Source of the DNA: Terriglobia bacterium
GTDB lineage: Bacteria > Acidobacteriota > Polarisedimenticolia > Polarisedimenticolales > JAIQFR01
DNA length: 64,000 nucleotides
Assembly (NCBI GenBank): GCA_963748015.1
Contig: CAVVHE010000005.1
Coordinates: 32,001-96,000 of the forward strand
Direction of reading: 5' to 3'
Of the stretch, positions 54,642 to 64,000 are shown one piece after another. A model generated the notes under the pieces. The model was not told the DNA's origin. It saw only the letters and a list, made by a program, of their open reading frames with translations, and did not search any database. Positions within the stretch are counted from its first letter, which is position 1. The number at the start of each line of letters is the position of its first letter. The position numbers and the translations under genes were made by a program.

Positions 54642-55742
54642 TCAATCTGCAGGCGGGGCGCAGAGATACCCGTTGTTGTAATCGTCCAGTTCGGAATGCA
54701 AGTATTGACCTTCGCATTTCCAAGCCGGACTGTTGGCGCGCACCGGTCCCGGATTGATCTCCAGCCACAGGTCCGCATCCAGTATGGTGTCGTCGATGCA
54801 GTCTGGTTCGTTGCCGACCTGGACATTGAGTTTGGCGGCGGCGAGTTGCTCGAACAGGTTGAGCCACTTGTTGCCTTTGGTGGGTAGTTGCATGATCAGG
54901 ATGGCCTCCCACTTGTCGTAGGTCATGCCGCCGATCTGAATCTCGTCGACCGGCCACGCTTCCGGATGGTTCTTCCAGTAACCCTGGCTGCGCACGCCCG
55001 GCGCTTCCAGTTGGCACAACCCGGCGTCCCAGCTCAGGTCGATATCCCCCCCGCCCAGCGTGATGCAGACGGTGGAGCCGGTCGCCGGATCGGCGTTGCT
55101 GTCCAAGCCTGCATCAGCGCCCGCGTGGGCCGGGCTGAACGCATAACCGGGAGGGAGCAAGAACCGGAGCGCATAGTCTCCCGCTTCGAGGTCGGCGAAC
55201 CCATAGAACCCATCAGCGTCCGTCGTGGTCTCCTCCAGGAATTGCCCCTGGCAATCGGTGAGTTGCACCAGCACGCCCGGTTTCCCCGGTTCCTCGGGAT
55301 CCTGGATGCCGTCACAATTGAGGTCCTCCCAGACGCGGTCGCCGATTTCGCCCGTGGGCGGCGGTGCGGCGCAGCCGGTCAGGCCGAAATTGGCGGTGTA
55401 GGTTGTGTCAGGAGGGACATCATAGCTGCCGGAGGTGGGGTTGGTCACGCTCAGGCCGGCCGGCAGGTTGACCAGGCTGACCCGGTAAAAGGCGGGGGTG
55501 GGGGGGAGATTCATCAAGTAATTCCCATTTGAGTCAGTGACGGCAGACACAAAGCCACCTTGCTGGAGGTTTGTCGCCAGGACGGTGATGCCGGGAAGCG
55601 GCGTTGCCGGATCACTATCGGAGCAGGTCACCGTGCCGGCAATCTGCTGGGCTGATCCTGAATTGGCCAGCAGCAGGGCTGCGCTGACCGCAACGATGCA
55701 TCGCACAAACGTGAACGTGGAGACTGAAGCCGATGGTTTCAT
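54642..55742 (-). CDS. Secreted protein with SdrD B-like domain
   Basis: Signal peptide; IGDRVWEDLNCDGIQDPEEPG..TTTDADGFY..DSNA..WDAGL; C-terminal domain with GYWKNH. Confidence 0.8.
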   Translation of the reverse strand: MKPSASVSTFTFVRCIVAVSAALLLANSGSAQQIAGTVTCSDSDPATPLPGITVLATNLQQGGFVSAVTDSNGNYLMNLPPTPAFYRVSLVNLPAGLSVTNPTSGSYDVPPDTTYTANFGLTGCAAPPPTGEIGDRVWEDLNCDGIQDPEEPGKPGVLVQLTDCQGQFLEETTTDADGFYGFADLEAGDYALRFLLPPGYAFSPAHAGADAGLDSNADPATGSTVCITLGGGDIDLSWDAGLCQLEAPGVRSQGYWKNHPEAWPVDEIQIGGMTYDKWEAILIMQLPTKGNKWLNLFEQLAAAKLNVQVGNEPDCIDDTILDADLWLEINPGPVRANSPAWKCEGQYLHSELDDYNNGYLCAPPAD

Positions 55743-55889
55743 TCGTATCCTTTCGAGTTTGAAGGTTGGTCGGATCCTGAAACCGATAGCGGTTTTTGGC
55801 AAGCGCCTTGTCGGGTCCATTGAGGAAATTCTGCTCCGTACTTGTGCGTAGGCCTTTGCCCCCGAGTCGGTTCCCTGTATGCTGTCCGC

Positions 55890-57968
55890 ATGTCGCGCGA
55901 ATACGTCCTCCATCCCTTTCGTGGGGTGGCGGACCTGCACATCGATTACGCCCGGGAACTGAACGAGCAGCAATTGGCGGCGGTGACTGCACCGCCGGGG
56001 CCCGCGTTGGTGATCGCGGGCGCTGGCTCGGGCAAGACGCGCACGCTGACCTATCGGGTGGCTTATCTGCTGGAGCAGGGGATTCCGGCCGACCGGATTT
56101 TGCTGCTGACGTTCACCAACAAGGCGGCGCGCGAGATGATGCGGCGGGTGCTGGACCTGCTCGGCGTGGAGCGGTCTGATCTCTGGGGCGGCACGTTCCA
56201 CTCGATCGGGAACCAGATCCTGCGTCTGCACGCGGACAAGCTGGGTTACGACAAGAACTTCAGCATTCTCGACCAGGAGGATGCGCGCCACCTGGTGGCC
56301 ACGTGCATCGCCGAGGCGGAGATCGACACCAAAGCCACGCGTTTCCCGAAGGCCGAAGTGCTGGGTTCGATCTTGTCGCTGGCGGTGAACAAGCGGATGC
56401 CGATCGGGGAGGTGGTCGGTCAGCAGTATGATTACTTCCTGAACCTGCTTCCGCAGATCCAGCGGGTGCAGGCGGCCTACACGGAACGCAAGCGGCAGAC
56501 GGGGGCGATGGATTTTGACGACCTGTTGGCGCTCTGGCTGCGATTGATGGAGGAACAGGCTGAGGTTCGCGACCTCCTGCAACGCCGGTTCCAGTTCATC
56601 CTGGTGGACGAATATCAGGACACCAACCGGTTACAGGGGGACCTGATCGACCTGTTGGCGGCCCGGCATGGGAACGTGATGGCCGTGGGGGATGATGCGC
56701 AAAGCATTTACGGTTGGCGTGGGGCCAACTTTCAAAACATCCTGCAGTTTCCACGACGGTATCCCAACGCGGCGGTTTACAAGATCGAGACCAATTACCG
56801 CAGCACGCCCGAGATTCTTATCTTCGCCAACGCTGCCATCCGGTCCAACGTCCAGCAGTTCACCAAGGAACTCGCGCCGGCGCGTGCGGCCGGCGTGAAG
56901 CCGGTGGTGGTCCCCTGCCAGGACGCCCGGCAGCAGGCGGAGTTCGTCGCCCAGCGCGTTTTGGAGTTGCGCGACGACGGCCGGCCCCTGGAGCAGATGG
57001 CCGTGCTCTACCGATCGCATTTTCATGCATTGGAACTGCAGCTCGAGCTGACCCGGCGCAACATCCCTTTCAGCATCACCAGCGGGGTGCGCTTCTTCGA
57101 ACAGGCCCACATCAAGGATGTCACCGCGCATCTGAAGTTCGTGGTCAATTCGCGCGATGAACTGTCCTTCAAGCGGATCGTGCAACTGCTTCCGGGCATT
57201 GGTGCTCGCGGGGCGGACAAGCTCTGGCGTGAGTTTGCCCCCCGCCGCTTGATCGAGCCGCAATCCAACCGCCCCGATCCTGCACCCATCGCCGCGGCAT
57301 TGCAGTCCATGGTGCGCGCCGTGCCGAAGAAGGCGGCGGTGGCGTGGGCGCAGTTCGCCGCGACCCTGGCGCAACTCGAGGCGGCAGCGTCGGACTCCAC
57401 CGCGGGCGGGCTGATAAACATCGTGATGGAGGCGGGCTACGAGGACTACCTCAAGGCGAATTATGAGAACTATCCGTCCCGGTTGGAGGACTTGGAGCAG
57501 TTGGGGGTGTTTTCTGAACAGTTCGGGACGTTGCAGGAATTCCTCACGCAGTTGGCTCTGTTGACGAATGTGGAGGCCGAGGACGCCGAGGCCGGTCAGC
57601 AGCAGGACGCCGAACGCCTGCGGTTGTCCACAATCCATCAGGCCAAAGGATTGGAATTCGACGTGGTGTTCGTGATCATGCTTTGCGACGGGATGTTTCC
57701 CTCTTCACGATCCTTGGAGTCTGCGGACGGAGAGGAGGAGGAGCGCCGGCTCCTTTACGTGGCGGTGACTCGGGCGCGGGATGAGTTGTATCTCAGTTAC
57801 CCGCTGGTCCGGGCCATGGCCGGTGGGGGCATGGATCAGGTACAACGACCGTCGCGATTCTTGAGGGAGATTCCGGACGAGTTGCGGGAGGAGTGGGATT
57901 TGGTTAATGGCCCGCGGCAGGATTGGAATGCGTCGGCGGGCGGCGAAAGCGGGGATCCGGACGGGTAG
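55890..57968 (+). CDS. uvrD: UvrD/PcrA superfamily 1 DNA helicase
   Basis: AGAGSGKT, LTFTNKAA, VDEYQDTN, VGDDAQSIY, NYRST, TIHQAKGLEF, EERRLLYVAVTRA. Confidence 0.95.
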   Translation: MSREYVLHPFRGVADLHIDYARELNEQQLAAVTAPPGPALVIAGAGSGKTRTLTYRVAYLLEQGIPADRILLLTFTNKAAREMMRRVLDLLGVERSDLWGGTFHSIGNQILRLHADKLGYDKNFSILDQEDARHLVATCIAEAEIDTKATRFPKAEVLGSILSLAVNKRMPIGEVVGQQYDYFLNLLPQIQRVQAAYTERKRQTGAMDFDDLLALWLRLMEEQAEVRDLLQRRFQFILVDEYQDTNRLQGDLIDLLAARHGNVMAVGDDAQSIYGWRGANFQNILQFPRRYPNAAVYKIETNYRSTPEILIFANAAIRSNVQQFTKELAPARAAGVKPVVVPCQDARQQAEFVAQRVLELRDDGRPLEQMAVLYRSHFHALELQLELTRRNIPFSITSGVRFFEQAHIKDVTAHLKFVVNSRDELSFKRIVQLLPGIGARGADKLWREFAPRRLIEPQSNRPDPAPIAAALQSMVRAVPKKAAVAWAQFAATLAQLEAAASDSTAGGLINIVMEAGYEDYLKANYENYPSRLEDLEQLGVFSEQFGTLQEFLTQLALLTNVEAEDAEAGQQQDAERLRLSTIHQAKGLEFDVVFVIMLCDGMFPSSRSLESADGEEEERRLLYVAVTRARDELYLSYPLVRAMAGGGMDQVQRPSRFLREIPDELREEWDLVNGPRQDWNASAGGESGDPDG

Positions 57969-57988
57969 ACGGATGACCCAGAACGGTG

Positions 57989-58125
57989 GATATACCGGCG
58001 CACAGCCGCCTCGTTTTTGCCGACCGTCGATACCCATTACCCGCGTGCCCCCAAATGCTGGTCCACAAAGTCCCGTCGTCGCCCCGCATACACTCGCGCA
58101 ATGTGGATCGCGCTCTTCCCCTTCC
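57989..58125 (-). mobile_element. tnpA: IS200/IS605 TnpA (Y1 transposase) C-terminal relic with an in-frame stop
   Basis: KGKSAIHIARVYAGRRRDFVDQHLGARG*WVSTVGKNEAAVRRYI matches the TnpA KGKS..WARGY.VSTVG..YI segment. Confidence 0.75.
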
Positions 58126-58200
58126 CGCGTTTGACGAGGGACTGTTTCTGGCGGGTCGCCAAGGACAACCCGTGGGACGGGGATGCTCCACCAGCCGCTT

Positions 58201-59049
58201 TCACGACTTGATGTCGCGGCAATGGAAGCCGGCCAAGCCGATCAAGAAGGCCGTGAGGTTCACCCCGGCGAGGACGGCCAGGCTCTGGCCGAGGCGAAAC
58301 CAGTCCACCGGCGCCTGGAAGACCAGCAACCAACCCCGAAAATGATGTGTCAGACAGAGTTCCTTGTATTCCTCGAAGAAGGGCATGGCTTCCATCACCA
58401 GGCTGAGCAGGAGCACCGACAACGCGAGGATGGTGGCGGCGGCTGGTTTCATGTTGAAGCTGGAAAACATGAAGGCCAGGGCGAACATCGTGCAGGCGTT
58501 GACCGCCAGCAGGAGGTGCGAGGCGGCATAAAGTCCCAGCCCCTGCCCGGCGGAGAAAATGCCGAATACGCGAACCGGGCCGGGCACGAAGACAAACAGG
58601 CCGCCCCACGCGAACCAAAGCCGGGCAAACAGCACGGCCATGATTCCCAGCGAAGCCACCAGGAGAATGCAGAACACCAGGCCGGCCAGCCACTTGATCA
58701 CCAGCAACCGCCCCCGCGAGATCGGGCGGCACAGAATCATGCGCAAGGTGCCCTCCTCGGATTCCTTGGCCACCATGTCGCCGCCCACCAGGCAGGCGTA
58801 GAGGGGCATCAGCAGGATGATCTGCGGAATGAGCATGACCACGGCGACGGTGAGCGCGGAGATGTATTCCTCGGCCAGGTAGCCGTTGCCCTGCAGCAAC
58901 CGGGCCGTGCCCTCCTGCCAATCCGAGAAGTGAAACGCCAGCAGCATGGCATTCTGGGCCACGAGAAAGGCGCCAAACCCGATGTAGGTGCGCTTCTTGC
59001 CGAACAACTTCCACAGCTCGTTGCCCAGTTGACGAAGAAACAAGCTCAT
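58201..59049 (-). CDS. ABC-2 type permease
   Basis: ELWKL..KRTYIG, GDMVAKESEEGTLRMILCRPISRGRLLVIKW; about 6 TMs; ends RDIKS. Confidence 0.88.
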   Translation of the reverse strand: MSLFLRQLGNELWKLFGKKRTYIGFGAFLVAQNAMLLAFHFSDWQEGTARLLQGNGYLAEEYISALTVAVVMLIPQIILLMPLYACLVGGDMVAKESEEGTLRMILCRPISRGRLLVIKWLAGLVFCILLVASLGIMAVLFARLWFAWGGLFVFVPGPVRVFGIFSAGQGLGLYAASHLLLAVNACTMFALAFMFSSFNMKPAAATILALSVLLLSLVMEAMPFFEEYKELCLTHHFRGWLLVFQAPVDWFRLGQSLAVLAGVNLTAFLIGLAGFHCRDIKS

Positions 59050-60020
59050 GATGGTCGCCCTTGGGTTGCATCGGCTCCGGACCGCAGGATTGAACGTCCG
59101 CCCTCCCGATCCGGGCCGGCTTCTCCAGCCCCCGACGCTCCCATCAACGCAAGATAAAAGTCCTCCAGAGTCTGTTCCTCCGGACTGATCTCGTAAACAG
59201 GGTGTCCATGCGCAACCAGCGCGCGCACCACGGCCTCGGCCCCCACGCCGTCGGCCAGCCGAACAGAATCTCCGTTTCGATGATCCGCCACCAGACCCTG
59301 CTCCAGAAGCTGTGCCACCGCCTGGTCAAACGCGTCCGTGCGCAGCCGCAGCCAACCTTGATGCCGCGTCGTCTCGGCGACCGTGCCGGCGAACACCAGC
59401 CGTCCTCCTTTCAGCACTGCGATGCGACTGCAGATCTGTTCGACTTCGGTGAGCAGATGGGACGAGAGCAGAATGGTCAAACCGAACTCGCGGTGAAGTC
59501 GTCGAATCATGCCACGCAGTTCATGCATGCCCTCGGGATCCAAGCCGTCCCCCGGTTCGTCCAGAATCAGAAGCCGCGGATCGGGCAGGAGCGCCTGGGC
59601 CAGCGCCAGCCGGGTGCGCATGCCATGCGAATATGTGCACAGCTTGGAGTGGGCCCGCGAAGACAGGCCGACCCAGTCGAGCACTTGGTGAATTCGGTCC
59701 GACGATGTCGGGCCGGTGTAATGGCTGAGGATCTCCAGGTTGCGGTAGCCGCTGAGGTAATCGTAAAACACCGGTGTCTCGAAAATCGCCCCCACCCTGG
59801 CGAGGGCGTGGCGTCGATCGCTCAGCACATCATGGCCGCCAATGCTGGCACGGCCGGAGGTAGGCCAGACCTGGCCGAGCAAGATGCCGATGGCCGTGCT
59901 CTTGCCGGCGCCATTGTGACCAAGCAATCCAAAGATCTCCCCGGACGGGATGTCCAAGGTCAACTGATCCAGCGCCAACCGTGCGCCGAAATGTTTGGAG
60001 ATTCCGGAGAACGAGATCAT
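59046..60020 (-). CDS. ABC transporter ATP-binding protein (BcrA-like)
   Basis: [33 protein letters not shown]. Confidence 0.92.
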   Translation of the reverse strand: MISFSGISKHFGARLALDQLTLDIPSGEIFGLLGHNGAGKSTAIGILLGQVWPTSGRASIGGHDVLSDRRHALARVGAIFETPVFYDYLSGYRNLEILSHYTGPTSSDRIHQVLDWVGLSSRAHSKLCTYSHGMRTRLALAQALLPDPRLLILDEPGDGLDPEGMHELRGMIRRLHREFGLTILLSSHLLTEVEQICSRIAVLKGGRLVFAGTVAETTRHQGWLRLRTDAFDQAVAQLLEQGLVADHRNGDSVRLADGVGAEAVVRALVAHGHPVYEISPEEQTLEDFYLALMGASGAGEAGPDREGGRSILRSGADATQGRPS

Positions 60021-60598
60021 TTGCCTTTGCTAGTGGTTCCCTCGACAGCCAGGAGGTTCTTGATGTGACCGTCGGCATAAAGGTAGTTCACCTCGCGCCC
60101 CGGTCCGCGCGCGGCATGAAAGTCCTCCTTGTCATACATCACCGGCACCTGCGTCGGCGCGAACTCGAAGGTGAAGATCCGCAGGCGGTCGGCGTCCTGG
60201 CCGTTCAGCAGGCTGTTCCATGAATAACTCGATCCGGTGCGTTCGAACAGCCCCTGCCGATCACTGGGACAGCGCAACACGTGGACATTCCCCAATTCGC
60301 GCGCGAGCACCCGGTCCACGCTGGGAAAGCCGTTGGTGGGAGGCAGGTCCGGAACGCGATCCCGAATGTAAGGCATGCGGTTGTTGTGCTCCTGCACGTG
60401 GATCTGCAAGGCCACCCCCACCTGTCGCAGATGCCCCAGGCAAGCCGTGCCCCTCGCAGATTCCTTGGCGCGGCTGAACGCGGGCAGCAACAGCGCGGCC
60501 AGCAGGCCGATGATGGCGATCACCACCAGCAATTCGACGAGCGTGAATGCCGGGGCTGCCGCACAACCCGTTTGGGGCGATAAGGATTTGTCCGGCAT
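60017..60598 (-). CDS. Prepilin-type N-terminal cleavage/methylation protein with H-X9-DG-like tail
   Basis: [45 protein letters not shown]. Confidence 0.88.
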   Translation of the reverse strand: MPDKSLSPQTGCAAAPAFTLVELLVVIAIIGLLAALLLPAFSRAKESARGTACLGHLRQVGVALQIHVQEHNNRMPYIRDRVPDLPPTNGFPSVDRVLARELGNVHVLRCPSDRQGLFERTGSSYSWNSLLNGQDADRLRIFTFEFAPTQVPVMYDKEDFHAARGPGREVNYLYADGHIKNLLAVEGTTSKGK

Positions 60599-60602
60599 CG
60601 GT

Positions 60603-61229
60603 TCACTCCTGTCTTCGCCGATCCCGCATCCACCGCCCGCTTTCCATCAGGCGCTGCATCTCCTCCAGGACCGGGGCCAGCTCGGCTTTGGTCTGGGCGG
60701 AACTCGTGCTGTAAAACGCCTTCATGCCCACTTCGATCACCCGGCGCTGCATTTCCTCGCTCAGAACCGGCTCGTTCGTCCACCCGGAGGCTGCTCCCCA
60801 ATGAACCTCGGCGCGAGCCTCACGCAATCGTTTCAAGGAATCCTCCACCGCCCGGCGCCGTTTGTCTTGCGGCAACGCCTCGAAGGCATCGAGCATCTGT
60901 TTCACTCCACTCGGGAGCGTTTGCTCGACAAACCACAGCTTTTCCGCGTCCGTCATCTGCTCGAACAACCGGCCCCAGACCCGTCCCAGGCGCACCTCGC
61001 GCCGCTCCTCGTACCCGAGGGCGTTCAACTGCTTGGCCAAGCGTTCCAATGCCGCCTGCCGCGCCTCGGGCGACAGCGCGTTCAGATCCAGCGAACTCGC
61101 GTAGGCGGAAAGTTTCTCGGGCGTCGGACGCAACGCCGCCGCGATCTGGTAACCGGCAAAGACGCCCCCCCAGATCACGAGCACGGCAGCGCCGGCCCAG
61201 AGAACGACGCGATAGCGCGATGTGTTCAC
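60603..61229 (-). CDS. Membrane-anchored alpha-helical hypothetical protein
   Basis: GTG start, one TM ([20 protein letters not shown]), charged helical remainder; first gene of a tightly coupled operon. Confidence 0.7.
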   Translation of the reverse strand: MNTSRYRVVLWAGAAVLVIWGGVFAGYQIAAALRPTPEKLSAYASSLDLNALSPEARQAALERLAKQLNALGYEERREVRLGRVWGRLFEQMTDAEKLWFVEQTLPSGVKQMLDAFEALPQDKRRRAVEDSLKRLREARAEVHWGAASGWTNEPVLSEEMQRRVIEVGMKAFYSTSSAQTKAELAPVLEEMQRLMESGRWMRDRRRQE

Positions 61230-61870
61230 AATTTGACTGGGATAAATGTTGCCACAGCCACAAACGTTACACCAGCCCAGCAAAAATGCACCGACCGCCA
61301 GGCACGGCATTGGGGCAGCGGGTGAACCCACCCTGTGGTTTGGTCTTGTCCCCAAGACTGGTGACTGGTGGGGACGTGGGACTACATTAAGCTGTCTGTA
61401 GTTCTCATTGTTATGGGGCCGGTCTGAGTGGGCCGGCCCTTGTGCTGTACGAGGAGGGCATTGAGAAACCTTTGCAAGAGACTTTTCTCGCGGGAGACAT
61501 TCTCGCGGGAGAACTTGCCTGACCGACCGATCCGTGGCACCGCAACCCGCCGCCGGAAAATCAGTTCCCACGGCCAATCTTCCGTACGATGCAATGGAGA
61601 CCTCAGTCGGTCCACGTGACGAAGAGACACAGTCCCTCGCTGCGAGGTCCAGTTGCACACCACTGTCGAAATCCGGGCTCGCGCCATCCAACCAGGCACG
61701 CCCGTCCGCGTCGTCACCCCAACAGGCGTCCCAGAACGCCGTGGACAGGGACAGAATCACGCGGTGATGATTCGGGTTGCGCGGCTCGCGGACGCCGGGC
61801 AGGGCGCAAGTGCAAGGCGCGGTCGGCCTTTCGCGCTTTCCTTGCAGGCCGGTTTTGCTTTCATCGGCGG

Positions 61871-63418
61871 ATGACGGCGACCACTCCGCGCTTCTGGCGT
61901 ATTCGCACTGGCGACCTCGACGGTTTCTTCGGCCTGTTTGTGGACAACCTGCTGCAGTTGCTCCTCATCTTCACGCTGTGCCCGTTGCTGTGCGGCATCC
62001 GTGCGGCGGAAGTGACCAGGCACATCCTGCCCGGCGCGGCGCTTTCCATCCTGGCGGGCAACCTGTTCTTCGCGTGGCAGGCGTGGCGGATCGCACAACG
62101 CGAACGCCGCGACGACGTCACCGCCATGCCGTACGGGATCAACACGGTCAGCCTTTTCGCCTACATCGTCTTCATCATGGCGCCGATCTACCGGCAGACC
62201 GCCGACGCCACGCTCGCGTGGCAGGCCGGCCTCTTCGCTTGTTTCATCAGCGGCGTGATGGAATTCCTCGGAGCGTTCGTCGGCGACCTGTTGCGCCGGC
62301 ACACGCCACGCGCGGCACTGCTGTCCTCGCTGGCGGGCATTGCCATCACCTTCATCGCCATGGGATTTGTGTTTCAAATCTACGCCAACCCGGCGATGGG
62401 GCTGCTGCCCATGCTGCTGATCCTCGTGTGCTACGCTTCCAAACTCAAACTGCCGCTCGGTCTGCCCGCCGGGTTTGTCGCGGTGGTCCTTGGCACCACC
62501 CTCGCCTGGGCTTTGCGCGCAGCGGGACTTGCCCCGACGACGACGGCTGCGGCGACCGCCGCCATCGCCTTTCATCCGCCGCAATGGGCGGGTGACCGCC
62601 TGTTCGGCTTTCTTTTTTCCAAGGTCGGCTGGAGCTATCTGGCGGTGATCGTGCCCATGGGATTGTTCAACATCATCGGCTCACTGCAATGCCTGGAAAG
62701 CGCTGAAGCCGCCGGCGACCGCTTCCCCACGCGCCCGTCGCTGCTGGCCAACGGCGTCGGCAGTATGGTCGCCGCATGCTTCGGGAGTCCGTTCGCCACC
62801 ACGCTCTACATCGGCCACCCCGGGTGGAAGGCTATGGGTGCGCGCTGGAGTTATTCGTGGTTGAACGGGGCGGTCATCTGCACGCTCGCGCTGTTCGGCG
62901 TCGTCGGCGAGGTGTTGCGGTTCGTGCCCTTGGAAGTCACCCTGGGCATCCTGCTGTGGATCGGCCTCGTGATCACCGCGCAAGCCTTCCAGGCCAGCCC
63001 GCAACCGCACGCGCTCGCCGTTGCCGCCGGCCTCATCCCCGCGCTCGCCGCCTGGTTGCTCGTGCAGATCGAGACCGCCCTGCGCGTGGCCGGCACCGAC
63101 CTCGTCTCGACCGTGGACCGCTTTGCGCCCACCCTCCACCTGCGTGGCGTCATCGCCCTGAGCCAGGGCTTTCTCATCACGTCCATCATCTACGCGGCGG
63201 TGATGGCCTGCGTGATCGACCGGAAGTTCAAATCTGCCGCCGGCTGGCTGTTGATGGCCGCCGCGCTCTCCGCCGTCGGCCTCATCCACGCCTACCGACT
63301 CACGCCCGGCGGCGTCGAGAATCATTTCGCGTGGTTCACCGCCGCACCGGATTTTGCCATCGCCTATGCCGTCGGTGCCGCCACCCTGTGGACGTATGCA
63401 CTGACGCGCACGAGCTGA
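61871..63418 (+). CDS. NCS2/AzgA-like nucleobase permease
   Basis: GDLDGFFGLFVDN, TAMPYGINTVS, ESAEAAGD, TTLYIGHPGWKAMGAR; about 14 TMs. Confidence 0.85.
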   Translation: MTATTPRFWRIRTGDLDGFFGLFVDNLLQLLLIFTLCPLLCGIRAAEVTRHILPGAALSILAGNLFFAWQAWRIAQRERRDDVTAMPYGINTVSLFAYIVFIMAPIYRQTADATLAWQAGLFACFISGVMEFLGAFVGDLLRRHTPRAALLSSLAGIAITFIAMGFVFQIYANPAMGLLPMLLILVCYASKLKLPLGLPAGFVAVVLGTTLAWALRAAGLAPTTTAAATAAIAFHPPQWAGDRLFGFLFSKVGWSYLAVIVPMGLFNIIGSLQCLESAEAAGDRFPTRPSLLANGVGSMVAACFGSPFATTLYIGHPGWKAMGARWSYSWLNGAVICTLALFGVVGEVLRFVPLEVTLGILLWIGLVITAQAFQASPQPHALAVAAGLIPALAAWLLVQIETALRVAGTDLVSTVDRFAPTLHLRGVIALSQGFLITSIIYAAVMACVIDRKFKSAAGWLLMAAALSAVGLIHAYRLTPGGVENHFAWFTAAPDFAIAYAVGAATLWTYALTRTS

Positions 63419-63460
63419 CAGACATCGAGTCAAGCCTTTAGGCGATGACGCCGTGCTTCA

Positions 63461-63999
<539 letters not shown>

Positions 64000-64000
64000 A

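Noticed and set aside
54642..56582. 646-aa version of the SdrD B-like protein
   Set aside because: The extension is antisense to uvrD; a signal peptide begins at ATG 55742.
61230..61870. Purine or other riboswitch ahead of the NCS2 permease
   Set aside because: No recognisable aptamer consensus by eye; an Rfam scan would be needed to exclude it fully.

Overview
High-GC bacterial DNA, most consistent with a Verrucomicrobiota (Pedosphaera/Limisphaera-like) genome; this is inferred from the H-X9-DG prepilin-like gene, the orphan nuoA and the repeat families. 1-6.1 kb holds a chemosensory cluster (cheA, a CheW with an inserted CZB zinc domain, cheW, MCP, cheR). 6.1-32 kb is a co-oriented minus-strand accessory cluster: OM barrel, sensor kinase, four-helix-bundle gene, two response regulators, two DUF2959-like proteins, RND efflux, ppk2, secreted and lipoproteins, DUF4105, an alpha/beta hydrolase, a VapC module, AI-2E and SulP transporters. 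32-64 kb is mostly housekeeping: pckG, ftsK, yihY, ald, cysTWA, dapFAB-folK-maf, M20 peptidase, nuoA, an ABC exporter, pfpI, uvrD, a prepilin-like/ABC operon and an NCS2 permease. Many genes carry 1-bp indels that look like long-read consensus errors. The most striking signal is a family of inverted 7-mer tandem arrays at gene junctions. One pair encloses a four-helix-bundle gene in a 35-bp stem whose only non-Watson-Crick pairs are G-U on the mRNA strand. Two others sit in frame inside the N-termini of lipoproteins. Short gene relics were also recognised (sbp, sulfotransferase, glucosidase, IS200 tnpA, thiC, a copy of the ppk2 3' end). No rRNA, tRNA or CRISPR array was seen. All family names come from motif recognition, not database searches.
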